Shown here in pieces: positions 1-8,798 of a DNA stretch of 64,000 bases (position 1 is its first letter; each line of letters begins with the position of its first letter). The notes under the pieces were generated by a model. That model saw only the letters and a program-made list of their open reading frames with translations. It had not been told where the DNA came from and ran no database searches. Origin of the DNA: an uncultured Chloroflexia bacterium (GTDB lineage: Bacteria > Chloroflexota > Limnocylindria > Limnocylindrales > CSP1-4); contig CAVVCZ010000005.1 in NCBI GenBank assembly GCA_963746845.1, positions 352,001 to 416,000 of the forward strand, written 5' to 3'. Made by a program: the position numbers and the translations under genes.

Positions 1-10
1 CGGCATCGCC

Positions 11-2827
11 GTGGGCACCCAGATCGCCGGGCGTCGCGGCGCCGCCATCGCCGCGGCCTCGGTCCGGGGAACGGACGGCCGTTCGATGCCCACGGACCGC
101 GAGCGTCTCCGCCGCCGTGCGGACCTCGCGACGATCGGCGCGCTGACCCGGATCGCCGCCGATCCGGAGACCCTCGACGAGGTCCTCCGCCAGGCCGCGA
201 TGGTCACGCGCGAACGGGGCGGATTCCGGACGGTGACGATCCACGAGCTCCGCCACGACCGGCTGGTCCCGCGGGCGAGCACCGCGTCGTCCTCGGCGCG
301 CCTGCCGGACCTGCCGCGGACCTACGGGGCGATGGGCGCGGCCCTCGAACGGGCCGCCTCCGCCGATCCGGGCCCGGTGGCCGGTGACGGCTTCGGCGGG
401 ATCGGCGACGGCGTCGGCGGGATCCGCGAGGTGACGATCGCGATCCCGGGCGACGAGCTGCCGTGGGGTGTCGTGACGATCGTCGCCGACCCCGACGGCG
501 ACCAGACCGCGATCGACCCGGACCTCCTCCTCGAGCTCGCCGCCGCGATCGGGGTCGTCGTCGAGTCCGCCGTCCGGATCGACGAGGCGGCCCACCGCCT
601 GCACCGGGCGGATGCCCTCCGGCGTGTCGCGGGCGACATCGGCAGCCGGCTCGATCTCGACCGGATCCTGTCCGGTCTCGTGGACCACGCGATGGTGCTC
701 TTCAACGGCGACCGTGCCGCGGTGTTCCTCCGGACACCGGACGGCAGGGCGAACGCCGAGGTCAGCCGCGGTCTCTCGGCGCGCTACCTGGAATCGGTTC
801 ACGACTTCCCGACCCGGTCGCTGCCCGCCATCGCCGCGGCGGCTCGTCGGCCGCTGTACGCCACGAACTACCGGAACGACCCGAGGGCGGCCGACGTGCG
901 TGCGACGGTCGTCCAGGAGGGGTTCGACACGATCTGCACGGCGCCGCTGTTCGACGGGCAGGACCTGCTCGGGCTGCTGAACGTCTACCACGACACCCCC
1001 CACGAGTGGACGACCGACGAGCTCGACACGATGGCCGCGCTCGCCGAGCAGGCGGCGGTCGCGATCAAGAACGCCCAGAACTTCGAGCGGATGGCGGCGT
1101 GGGCCGCCCAGCTCCAGTCGATCCAGCAGCTCGGCGCCCGGCTCGCCCGGCTGGGCGACGAGCGCGAGATCGGCATCGCGATCGCGACCGAGCTGCGCCA
1201 GCTGATCGACTACCACAACGTCCGCGTGTACCGGCTGCGGGGCCTCGACCTGATTCCCGTGGCCATGCAGGGCCAGGTCGGCGAGTACGTGGACGAGACC
1301 CCGGAGCAGCTCGAGGTGCGCTACGGCGAGGGGATCACCGGCTGGGTCGCCGAGCACCGGATCGCCCAGAGCCTTCCCGACGCCGCCGCGGATCCCCGCG
1401 CGAACACGATCCCCGGCACGGACGACGACATGGACGAATCCATGCTCCTCGCCCCGATGACCTTCGAGAACCAGGTGCTCGGCGTCCTCGTCCTGTCCAA
1501 GCTGGGCCTCCATCAGTTCGCCGAGGACGACCTCCGGCTGCTCGAGATCTACGCGAGCTTCGCCGCCCAGGCGTTCGCGAATGCCGACGCGACGAGCCTG
1601 CTCCGCGCGCAGTCCGACGCGCTCGGTCGGCAGCTCGCGAACCAGCGCGCGCTCCTCGCGCTGACGGAGTCGATCCTGACGACCCTCGAGCCGCAGGCGA
1701 TCCTCGACCAGGTCTCGGAGCGTCTGTCGGAGCTCGTCGGCTACGACAACCTGTCGATCGAGGTCCTCGACCGGCTGACGGGCCTCCTCCGACCGCTGAC
1801 CGCCAAGGGCGTCCATGCCAGGGAGTATCTCGAGCCGTGGCTCCCGGGCGAGGAGGGCCTCGCCACCTGGGTGGTCGCCCACAACGAGCCGGCCCTCGTG
1901 AGCGACGAGGCCGCCGACCCGCGCGTCAACCAGTTCCGCGACACCGGGCCCCTCGACGGCAGCATGATCTGCGTCCCGCTGCGTGGCCGGGACGGCGCGA
2001 CCGGCGTGCTGACGCTGGAGCGGCTCGGCCTCGAGCAGCGCTACACGGAGGAGGAGTTCGAGCTCGTCCAGCTCTTCGCCGCGCAGGTCTCGATCGCCCT
2101 CCAGAACGCGGAGGTCCACCGCGCGGTCGAGATCCGCGCCCAGACGGACGACCTGACGGGCCTCCTGAACCACGGCACGTTCCAGGGCTGGCTCGCCCGC
2201 GACGCCATGGCGCCCGACCCGTTCAGCCTGATCATGCTCGACATGGACGACTTCAAGAGCGTCAACGACCGGCTCGGTCACCAGGCGGGCGACCGGCTGC
2301 TCGCGGAGATCTCGACGGCGCTCGTGGCCGCCGGCCGCGACACCGACCGCGTGTTCCGGTACGGCGGCGACGAGTTCGCCCTGATCCTGCCGGGGGCGGA
2401 CAGCGTCGCTGCGCTCGGGGTGGCCGAGCGTGTCCGTACGGCCGTCCAGGAGATCGGCGGCCCGGGCTCGATCTGGCACGACGCCGGCGTCGAGGTCAGC
2501 GTCTCGATCGGCGTGGCGACGTTCCCGCGCGACGGCGTCACGGCCGAGGAGATCCTTCTCGCCGCCGACCGCGCGTGCTTCGTGGCGAAGCGGACCGGGC
2601 ACGCCCTGATCGCGACCGCCGACGAGGGCCTGGCGATCGCCCGCGACTTCTCGTTCAAGTCACCGACGCCGATCGACGTCGCCGATCCGATGCTGTCCGC
2701 CGGCCCCGGGCCGGCGTTCGACTGGCCGAGCGCCGACGAGTCGAGCGAGGAGGCGGCGACCCGCCGGCGCACGACCGGACGCGGCGACCGCTCCGGGAGC
2801 TCCACGTCATCCGCCCGGGTGCCGTAA
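11..2827 (+). CDS. Multi-GAF sensor diguanylate cyclase (GAF repeats + GGDEF); true start may lie at or before the window edge
   Basis: At least three GAF-like repeats ending in LAxQAAVAIxNA-type motifs; C-terminal TDDLTGLLN...DMDDFKSVNDRLGHQAGD...RDTD(I-site)...RYGGDEF...SIGVA. Confidence 0.92.
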   Translation: MGTQIAGRRGAAIAAASVRGTDGRSMPTDRERLRRRADLATIGALTRIAADPETLDEVLRQAAMVTRERGGFRTVTIHELRHDRLVPRASTASSSARLPDLPRTYGAMGAALERAASADPGPVAGDGFGGIGDGVGGIREVTIAIPGDELPWGVVTIVADPDGDQTAIDPDLLLELAAAIGVVVESAVRIDEAAHRLHRADALRRVAGDIGSRLDLDRILSGLVDHAMVLFNGDRAAVFLRTPDGRANAEVSRGLSARYLESVHDFPTRSLPAIAAAARRPLYATNYRNDPRAADVRATVVQEGFDTICTAPLFDGQDLLGLLNVYHDTPHEWTTDELDTMAALAEQAAVAIKNAQNFERMAAWAAQLQSIQQLGARLARLGDEREIGIAIATELRQLIDYHNVRVYRLRGLDLIPVAMQGQVGEYVDETPEQLEVRYGEGITGWVAEHRIAQSLPDAAADPRANTIPGTDDDMDESMLLAPMTFENQVLGVLVLSKLGLHQFAEDDLRLLEIYASFAAQAFANADATSLLRAQSDALGRQLANQRALLALTESILTTLEPQAILDQVSERLSELVGYDNLSIEVLDRLTGLLRPLTAKGVHAREYLEPWLPGEEGLATWVVAHNEPALVSDEAADPRVNQFRDTGPLDGSMICVPLRGRDGATGVLTLERLGLEQRYTEEEFELVQLFAAQVSIALQNAEVHRAVEIRAQTDDLTGLLNHGTFQGWLARDAMAPDPFSLIMLDMDDFKSVNDRLGHQAGDRLLAEISTALVAAGRDTDRVFRYGGDEFALILPGADSVAALGVAERVRTAVQEIGGPGSIWHDAGVEVSVSIGVATFPRDGVTAEEILLAADRACFVAKRTGHALIATADEGLAIARDFSFKSPTPIDVADPMLSAGPGPAFDWPSADESSEEAATRRRTTGRGDRSGSSTSSARVP

Positions 2828-2862
2828 CCGGCGCAACCGTCCGGCCGTCCCACCGCCGACCG

Positions 2863-3423
2863 ATGGCCGCTCACCCGACCGCACGCCGTCCCCTCGCTCG
2901 CCCCGGGCTTCCGTGCGTGGGCAGCCGCTCGGCACGTGCCGCGGCCGCCGCGCTCGCCGCGGTCTCCATCGCCGTCGCCGTCGCCGCCTGTCTGCCGCCC
3001 GTCGGTCGGGGCGATCCGGGGAGTGCGTCACCCGGCGTCTCCGCGACCCCGACCTCCCCGCCGACGCCGGTCTCGAGCGGCCCGACGCCCCGGCCGTCGT
3101 ACCTGGCGCCGACACCCACCCCGGCGCCGACGTTCGTCGTCTACCAGGTCGGGAAGGGCGACAGCCTGAACTCGATCGCGAAGCGGTTCGGGACGACCGC
3201 CCGCAGCATCGCCTTCTGGAACCGGGCGACGTACCCGAGCCTCGACCCCGAGTCGTCCGGCTACAAGCCGGACCTCCTTCAGCGCGGCTGGACGCTGCTC
3301 GTGATCCCGAACAGCGTCTTCGACGAGCAGACCCTGCCCGAACCGAGCGAGCTCATCGGCCCCTCGCCGACGCCGGCGCCGAGCTACGACGACGAAGAGT
3401 CGGTGGAGCCCGAGGCCAGCTGA
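2863..3423 (+). CDS. LysM peptidoglycan-binding lipoprotein
   Basis: 3' part of ORF 463..3423: hydrophobic signal ending VAAC, Pro/Thr linker, then YQVGKGDSLNSIAKRFGTTARSIAFWN...GWTLLVIP (LysM); start codon uncertain. Confidence 0.75.
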   Translation: MAAHPTARRPLARPGLPCVGSRSARAAAAALAAVSIAVAVAACLPPVGRGDPGSASPGVSATPTSPPTPVSSGPTPRPSYLAPTPTPAPTFVVYQVGKGDSLNSIAKRFGTTARSIAFWNRATYPSLDPESSGYKPDLLQRGWTLLVIPNSVFDEQTLPEPSELIGPSPTPAPSYDDEESVEPEAS

Positions 3424-3441
3424 GCCGGTGACGCGGCGGGA

Positions 3442-4272
3442 TCAGCGCCGGATCGTGACGCCCTGATCCTCGACGAGCCGGAGGAGCTCCGCCGCATTCG
3501 CCTGGCTCGCGGCGACGCAGATCCGCCCATAGGAATCCTCGTAGACCAGCAGCGCTCCGGGGTCGACCTCGCCGAACGTGCCCTGCCACGGCACGTCCAC
3601 GAGCTGGTCCGGACCGCCGGATCGGCCGGCGATGTCGAGGTGGAGCCGGTCGCCGGCCCGGACCGGGCCGATCGCGGCCTCCAGGTCGGCCCGCAGGCCG
3701 GCGAGCTTGATGTTGCCGAACGTGTCGATGTAGACCACCGAGGATCGGAGCGCGCCGTCACCGAGGATCGGGTCGGCGATCGGCGACGGCGCGAGACGGG
3801 CCGGGTCGAGAGCTCGGCCGAGGTCCTCGATCGGGACGCCGAGCGACAGGTGGGCCGCGGCCGGGGCGAAGATGTCTCGACCATGGAAGCTGGTGCTCAC
3901 CAAAGGGAGTCGGTAGGCCTCGGCCTCCAGGACGTGGACCCGGTCGATGCCCCCGAGTCGGCCGGCTGCCGCGACGAGAAGCCCGTTGTCGGGGCCGACG
4001 AGGACGTCGCCCCGGCCCGTCGCGATCGCCACCGACAACCGCCCCGTGCCGACACCCGGGTCGACGACCGCGACGTGCTGCCCGATCGGCATCCAGGGGA
4101 GGGCGCACCACAGGAGGAGCGCCCCGTCGCGAATGGCGTACTTGTGGACGTCGTGGCTGATGTCGACGATCCGGGCGTCCGGTGCGATCCCGAGGATCAC
4201 GCCGTGGAGGATCCCGGCGCTCGGATCACGCGCGCCGAAGTCCGTGAGCAGGGTGATCAGTGGCTGGGCCAT
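3442..4272 (-). CDS. SAM hydroxide adenosyltransferase (DUF62, SAM-dependent chlorinase/fluorinase superfamily)
   Basis: N-terminal LLTDFG, VVDPGVGTGR, VGPDNGLL, STSFHGRDIFAPAAAHL, YIDTFGN motifs; Asp-Arg-His triad of the hydrolase subfamily present. Confidence 0.9.
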   Translation of the reverse strand: MAQPLITLLTDFGARDPSAGILHGVILGIAPDARIVDISHDVHKYAIRDGALLLWCALPWMPIGQHVAVVDPGVGTGRLSVAIATGRGDVLVGPDNGLLVAAAGRLGGIDRVHVLEAEAYRLPLVSTSFHGRDIFAPAAAHLSLGVPIEDLGRALDPARLAPSPIADPILGDGALRSSVVYIDTFGNIKLAGLRADLEAAIGPVRAGDRLHLDIAGRSGGPDQLVDVPWQGTFGEVDPGALLVYEDSYGRICVAASQANAAELLRLVEDQGVTIRR

Positions 4273-4339
4273 CCGGCGCGATCCTACGGCGTCCCTGCCG
4301 GCACGTGTGCAGGCCCGGATCGAAGGGACGCCGGAGACG

Positions 4340-4385
4340 AAAACCCCGAAGCGGCGCCTGGAGGAGGGAAGGCGCCGCTTCGGGG
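4340..4385 (-). terminator. Intrinsic terminator of the small-ORF transcript
   Basis: 16-bp perfect stem (4344-4359/4370-4385) followed by TTTT on the minus strand. Confidence 0.8.
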
Positions 4386-4462
4386 AGGAGGCCGTGACGA
4401 CGGGAGGAGGGTTCCATCGTCACCGCGGGTGGAGTCCGGGCTGGGAGCGCAGCCGCTCCGTT
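4340..4462 (-). ncRNA. Candidate 3'-UTR sRNA: two stem-loops with CCUCCUC(C) loops, the last followed by UUUU (cuckoo/CcsR-like)
   Basis: Minus strand: GTGACGATGG-AACCCTCCTC-CCGTCGTCAC (4423-4394), linker GGCCTCCT, CCCCGAAGCGGCGCCT-TCCCTCCTCC-AGGCGCCGCTTCGGGG-TTTT (4385-4340). Confidence 0.55.
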
Positions 4463-4464
4463 GT

Positions 4465-4815
4465 TCAGTGCAGATGCGGATCCGCTGGCTCGGCGAAGTG
4501 ACCGGTGCGGTTCATCTCGCGGAGGAAGAGGAGCTGGTTGATCTGGCGGAGGGTCCAGTGCGTCTCGGCGACCGAGATCCCGGCGAGGTAGGCGGTGAGA
4601 TTGGCCGCCTCGTCAGGCGCCAGACCCCTCATGAGGAGGTTCCGGTACGTCGCCCGGGTGTGGACCTCCGGGCTCGAGGCCGGGCTGGACGACGTCATGG
4701 TGTCGGTGTCCGACCCAGACGCGACCGCGGAGGCCGCCGCGATGACTGGCCAGGACGAGGCGGCGCGAGACGATCGCCCCGTTCCCCGTTCCCCTCGACG
4801 CGCCTGGCCTGCCAT
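4465..4815 (-). CDS. Small hypothetical protein (77 aa from ATG 4698, or 116 aa from 4815)
   Basis: Protein-like core TRATYRNLLMRGLAPDEAANLTAYLAGISVAETHWTLRQINQLLFLREM with GC3-biased codons; followed by the hairpin/terminator. Confidence 0.7.
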   Translation of the reverse strand: MAGQARRGERGTGRSSRAASSWPVIAAASAVASGSDTDTMTSSSPASSPEVHTRATYRNLLMRGLAPDEAANLTAYLAGISVAETHWTLRQINQLLFLREMNRTGHFAEPADPHLH

Positions 4816-5025
4816 GGTTCACCCGATCCGTCCTGATGTCTCGATCTGCGGGCGTCCTGCTCGCGATTGGTCCCTTCGTGATCGATCCGGGGAGCGGATG
4901 GTCCGGGGTCCGCGGATCGAGCTGTTCGGTGTGGTGATCGGGATGGTCGATCGATGGTCGTGCCCGCACGATGACCCGTCGGTCCCCCTCCCCCCGGTAC
5001 TTGCGCCGACTCCGTCCAACGTCCG

Positions 5026-6261
5026 ATGCAGGGGGCCCCGGTAGACTCCCGATTCCACCCGACCCTGGAGCCTCGCGTGCGTGTCCGGACCTTCGAGCTG
5101 CGGCTGATCGGCCTCGTCCTCGCCGTGTGCTGGGTCGTGGCCGCCGCCGACGTCCTCATCGGCTATCGACCGGGCGGGCCGATGGACGTGGCCGTCGGGA
5201 TCGCCGCGCTCGTCCCCGCGCTTGTCGCCCTGGCCGGCGTCGTCTGGCCGCCGGTCGCCCGGGGCGATCGCGGCTTCGCGGCCATGATCTGCCTCGCCGC
5301 CGGCTGTCTCCTCCTCCTCGTCCCGTCGATCGCCGACGTCTCCGGCCAGCTGGGTGGCCGCGGGGCGCAGACCCTGCTGCCGTCCGTCGAGGCCGGCTAC
5401 CCGTGGGTCCTCGCGCTGATCGGGACGTGCCTGTTCAGCGGCTTCGGGATCGCCCGGCGGCTGCTCGGGCCGGCGGCCATGCGTCGCCACCGGATCTTCC
5501 GCGGGTTCGTCATCGCGTCGCTCCTGGCCGGCGGGAGCGCGCTGGTGTTCGCCGCCGCGGCCATGGCCAACGAGCTTGCGCTGCGTGATCGGATCGCCGC
5601 GGCGTCCCGGTTCGGACCGACCGAGCTCGACCGCGATCCGCCCTCGTGCGACGGAGCGATGGGGATCGGGACGTGGGCCGAGCTCGCGGTGCGTCTCGAT
5701 GGAACCGTCGACGGACGCTCGCTCGGCTCGGTCGACATCACGGGCGAGCGCTCGGTCGCTGACGTCCATTGGCTCGCCTACGTCGCGACCAACAACGAGC
5801 TGGGGTTCCATGGCACGGCCACCCTCGGCGACGGTGCGTGGATCCGCCTCACCTCGGGCGTCTGGCGGCGCGCGACGGCCGGCGAGGTCGGCGATCCGGA
5901 TCTCGACCTCACGGCCTTCCGGACCGCCCTCTCGCCGGAGGCCCGGGCAGCCGCGGAATCCCGCGGCGTCTCGATCGTCGAGGGCGCCCGCGCGCGGGAG
6001 TGCCGGATCGCGATCGACGGCCCGACGTTCAAGGCGGCGTTCCCGCAGGCCGCCTGGCTCATCGGCGACGCGGACCTCGCCCACTGGCGCGGCCAGCTCG
6101 ACTACTGGGTCTTCCTCGACGGGCAGATCGGGCGGATCACGGGCAGCGTCAACGGGGACGCGGCCGACATCGAACCCGGCGCGCTCCAGTCGACGATCCG
6201 CGTGGACCTGTCGGCGACGGATCGGAACACGCCGATCCACCTGACACCGCCGGCTCCGTGA
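5026..6261 (+). CDS. Hypothetical membrane protein (about 5 N-terminal TM helices + extracytoplasmic beta-rich domain, possibly LppX/LprG-like)
   Basis: Hydrophobic segments in the first ~180 aa; C-terminal ...LDYWVFLDGQIGRIT...IHLTPP pattern; start uncertain. Confidence 0.65.
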   Translation: MQGAPVDSRFHPTLEPRVRVRTFELRLIGLVLAVCWVVAAADVLIGYRPGGPMDVAVGIAALVPALVALAGVVWPPVARGDRGFAAMICLAAGCLLLLVPSIADVSGQLGGRGAQTLLPSVEAGYPWVLALIGTCLFSGFGIARRLLGPAAMRRHRIFRGFVIASLLAGGSALVFAAAAMANELALRDRIAAASRFGPTELDRDPPSCDGAMGIGTWAELAVRLDGTVDGRSLGSVDITGERSVADVHWLAYVATNNELGFHGTATLGDGAWIRLTSGVWRRATAGEVGDPDLDLTAFRTALSPEARAAAESRGVSIVEGARARECRIAIDGPTFKAAFPQAAWLIGDADLAHWRGQLDYWVFLDGQIGRITGSVNGDAADIEPGALQSTIRVDLSATDRNTPIHLTPPAP

Positions 6262-6313
6262 CGCGACGGAGCTGCCCGGGCGCGCCACCGACCTGCGCGG
6301 GCCCCGCCGGCCG

Positions 6314-7330
6314 GTGATCATGGCGACCATGGACGACGAGCGCGGCTCGGCGAAGCGGGACCGGCTGGCCCGGATGACCCGGATCCTCGCCCTGCTCAAC
6401 GCCCATCCCGACGGGATGAAGCCGGCGGAGATCGCCCACCGCGTCGACTCGTCCGTGCGCACGGTCTACCGGGACCTGCGCTCGATCGAGGGCGAGCTCG
6501 GGATGCCGCTCTGGTCGGATGCCGGCCGCTGGGGGATCGAGGCCGAGAACTTCCTGCCGCCCCTGAAGCTGACCCGGAGCGAGGCGATGGCGGTCGTGCT
6601 GTCGGCGCGGCTGATGGTCCGCTACGCGGTCACCTACGACCCGGACCTCGCCGCCGCTTTCGAGAAGCTCGCCGCGATCCTCCCGCCGGCCCTGCGCGAG
6701 CACGTGGATCGGAGCCTGGACGCGCTCTCGCGCCGACGAACCGACGAGGCATTCAGCCGCCACGTGCATCTCCTGACCCAGGCGTGGGCAGAGCGCCGGA
6801 TCGTCGCGTTCGACTACGCCCCCGCGCCGTATGCGCCGGAGGCGGCACCGCGGACGGCCCGCGTCCGCCCCTACCTCATCGAGCCGTCGCTCACGACGCA
6901 CGCGCTCTACCTGGTCGGCTGGGACGAGACCCGTGCGGCGATCCGGACGTTCAAGATCGAGCGGATGCTGGACGTGTCGATCACGCCCGAAGGGTTCCCG
7001 CCACCGGACGAGGATGTGGTCGCCGGGATGTTCGAGCGAGCGTGGGACATCATCGCGGACCAGGAGCCGATCGACGTGGTGCTGCGCTTCTCCCCGGCGG
7101 TCGCGAGCCGCGTCCGCGAGGCGCGCTGGCATCCGTCCGAGCGGGTCGATCCGACCGCCGACGGCGGCCTCACCTGGCGGGCGACCGTCGCCGGCCCGAT
7201 CGAGATCCGCCTCTGGATCCTGTCGTGGGGCGCCGACGTGGAGGTGCTCGAGCCGGCCTCGCTCCGTGACGACGTCGCGGCCACGCTGCGTCGAGCCGCC
7301 GCGCGCTACGACGCGGCGGAGGGACGCTGA
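6314..7330 (+). CDS. HTH + WYL + WCX transcriptional regulator (PafB/C-, DriD-like)
   Basis: HTH AEIAHRVDSSVRTVYRDLRSIE; WYL domain RVRPYLI...LYLVGWDETRAAIRTFKIERM; WCX tail WILSWGADVEVLEPASLR. Confidence 0.93.
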   Translation: MIMATMDDERGSAKRDRLARMTRILALLNAHPDGMKPAEIAHRVDSSVRTVYRDLRSIEGELGMPLWSDAGRWGIEAENFLPPLKLTRSEAMAVVLSARLMVRYAVTYDPDLAAAFEKLAAILPPALREHVDRSLDALSRRRTDEAFSRHVHLLTQAWAERRIVAFDYAPAPYAPEAAPRTARVRPYLIEPSLTTHALYLVGWDETRAAIRTFKIERMLDVSITPEGFPPPDEDVVAGMFERAWDIIADQEPIDVVLRFSPAVASRVREARWHPSERVDPTADGGLTWRATVAGPIEIRLWILSWGADVEVLEPASLRDDVAATLRRAAARYDAAEGR

Positions 7331-8730
7331 TGCCGCGTCATCCGTTCAGCGCGGTGAACCTGATCAGCGACCCGATCCACGGGTACGTCGAGCTGACGAA
7401 GCGGCTCACGCCCGCCGAGGCCCGCGACGCCGGCCTGCCGGACGAGGGCGCGGCGGAGGAGGACCTGCTCGACACCGCGTGGCTCCAGCGGCTCCGCCGG
7501 ATCAGCCAGCTCCAGAGCGCCCGCTGGGTCTTCCCGACGGCCGAGCACTCACGGTTCACCCACGGCCTCGGCGTGATGCACGAGGCCGGGCTGTGGGCCC
7601 GCTCGCTCTACCCCTCTCTCCGCGCAGCGCTGGCCGGCCGGGCCGAGCCCGTGCCGAGCGAGGGCCTGGTCGTCGAGACGCTCCGGATCGCCGGGCTCCT
7701 GCACGACGTCGGCCACGGCCCGTTCGCGCACTTCTTCGACGAGCACGTCCTGGTCGCCTTCGCGGCCCCGCCGGATCCGCGCCGGGCGGCCGGCAAGCGG
7801 CTCACCCACGAGGACCTGTCGCAGCTGATCATCGAGCGGGAGCTGGGGGCGTTGATCCGCGGGCTCCGCCGCGCGCCCGGCGCCCAACCGGAGCGAGATG
7901 CGTTCGCGACCGGTGAGGCGATCGACCCGCGCTGGGTCTCGTTCCTCGTGAGCAAGCCCGCCCTCGCCGACCCGGCGATGCCGGCCTGGGTCCGCTGGCT
8001 CCAGCCGCTGCTCTCGGGCGTCTTCACGGTCGACAACCTCGACTACGTCCGGCGCGACGCGTGGATGACCGGCGTCGCGATCGATGTCGACGTGGAGCGG
8101 CTCCGGCGCTACTCGTTCATCGGCGAACGTGGGCTGTCGCTGTACGAACCGGGCCTCGGCGCGCTGGAGCTGTTCCTTCGTGCGCGGCTGTTCCTCTATC
8201 TCCAGGTCTACTTCCACCGGACGGTCCGGGCGATCGACCTGGACCTGGCGGACGTGTTCGGCCCGTCCGTCCGGGCGATCTTCGGCGACGCCTCGCCGGC
8301 GGATGCGCTCAACGCCTACGCCGACCTCGACGAGTACGCGCTCGTCCATCGGGCGGCCCGCTGGACGCGGGGCGAGGACATCGCCGCGTCTCCGCGACCG
8401 GGCGACGGAACGGTGACGCCGGCGGTGGCCGAGGCCTGGCGGGCGATCCTGCTCCGCCGGCCGCGCTGGCGGTCCGAGGCGGAGATCCGCCTCGAGTACG
8501 AGGCGGGCGGCCTGCCCGAGGACGAGATCGCGGCACTCGGCATCAGCGAGCCCGGCCGCGTCCAGATCGACCTGGCGACGGTCGACGCCCGACCCGCGGA
8601 CGCGACGGCGACGGACTCCCTGCTCGCGGTCGAGGGCCGCGACGGCTCCGCGTTGTCGCTCGCCCGCTCGCTCGGACGGCTGCCCGCCTACGCGACGATC
8701 GCCCGGCGCTACCGACGCCAGGACGGCTGA
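7330..8730 (+). CDS. HD-domain phosphohydrolase, SAMHD1/YwfO-like dNTP triphosphohydrolase family
   Basis: ISDPIHGY, LQRLRRISQL, FPTAEHSRFTHGLG, GLLHDVGHGPFAH, HE, DNLDYVRRD, VYFHRT; ATG overlaps the WYL stop (TGATG). Confidence 0.9.
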   Translation: MPRHPFSAVNLISDPIHGYVELTKRLTPAEARDAGLPDEGAAEEDLLDTAWLQRLRRISQLQSARWVFPTAEHSRFTHGLGVMHEAGLWARSLYPSLRAALAGRAEPVPSEGLVVETLRIAGLLHDVGHGPFAHFFDEHVLVAFAAPPDPRRAAGKRLTHEDLSQLIIERELGALIRGLRRAPGAQPERDAFATGEAIDPRWVSFLVSKPALADPAMPAWVRWLQPLLSGVFTVDNLDYVRRDAWMTGVAIDVDVERLRRYSFIGERGLSLYEPGLGALELFLRARLFLYLQVYFHRTVRAIDLDLADVFGPSVRAIFGDASPADALNAYADLDEYALVHRAARWTRGEDIAASPRPGDGTVTPAVAEAWRAILLRRPRWRSEAEIRLEYEAGGLPEDEIAALGISEPGRVQIDLATVDARPADATATDSLLAVEGRDGSALSLARSLGRLPAYATIARRYRRQDG

Positions 8731-8798
8731 CCGCGAGGACCCGCCGTCACGACGACCGGATCCAGGCGGCTCCCGCGGCCAGCCGCCCGAACCGGACT

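Noticed and set aside
463-2862. Long Arg/Pro-rich overlapping ORFs here and throughout (e.g. 7549..9789, 35444..38302, 43069..45882, 51020..52450)
   Set aside because: Shadow frames expected in very high-GC DNA; no domain motifs, and they overlap well-supported genes.
3442-4272. Fluorinase/chlorinase (halogenase)
   Set aside because: Has the Asp-Arg-His triad (VDPGVGTGR, FHGRD) of DUF62 SAM hydrolases and no halometabolite cluster nearby.
4340-4423. Plus-strand reading as CsrB/RsmZ-like GGA-loop RNA
   Set aside because: The U tract and the upstream gene are on the minus strand and no plus-strand promoter is evident; not fully excluded without stranded RNA data.
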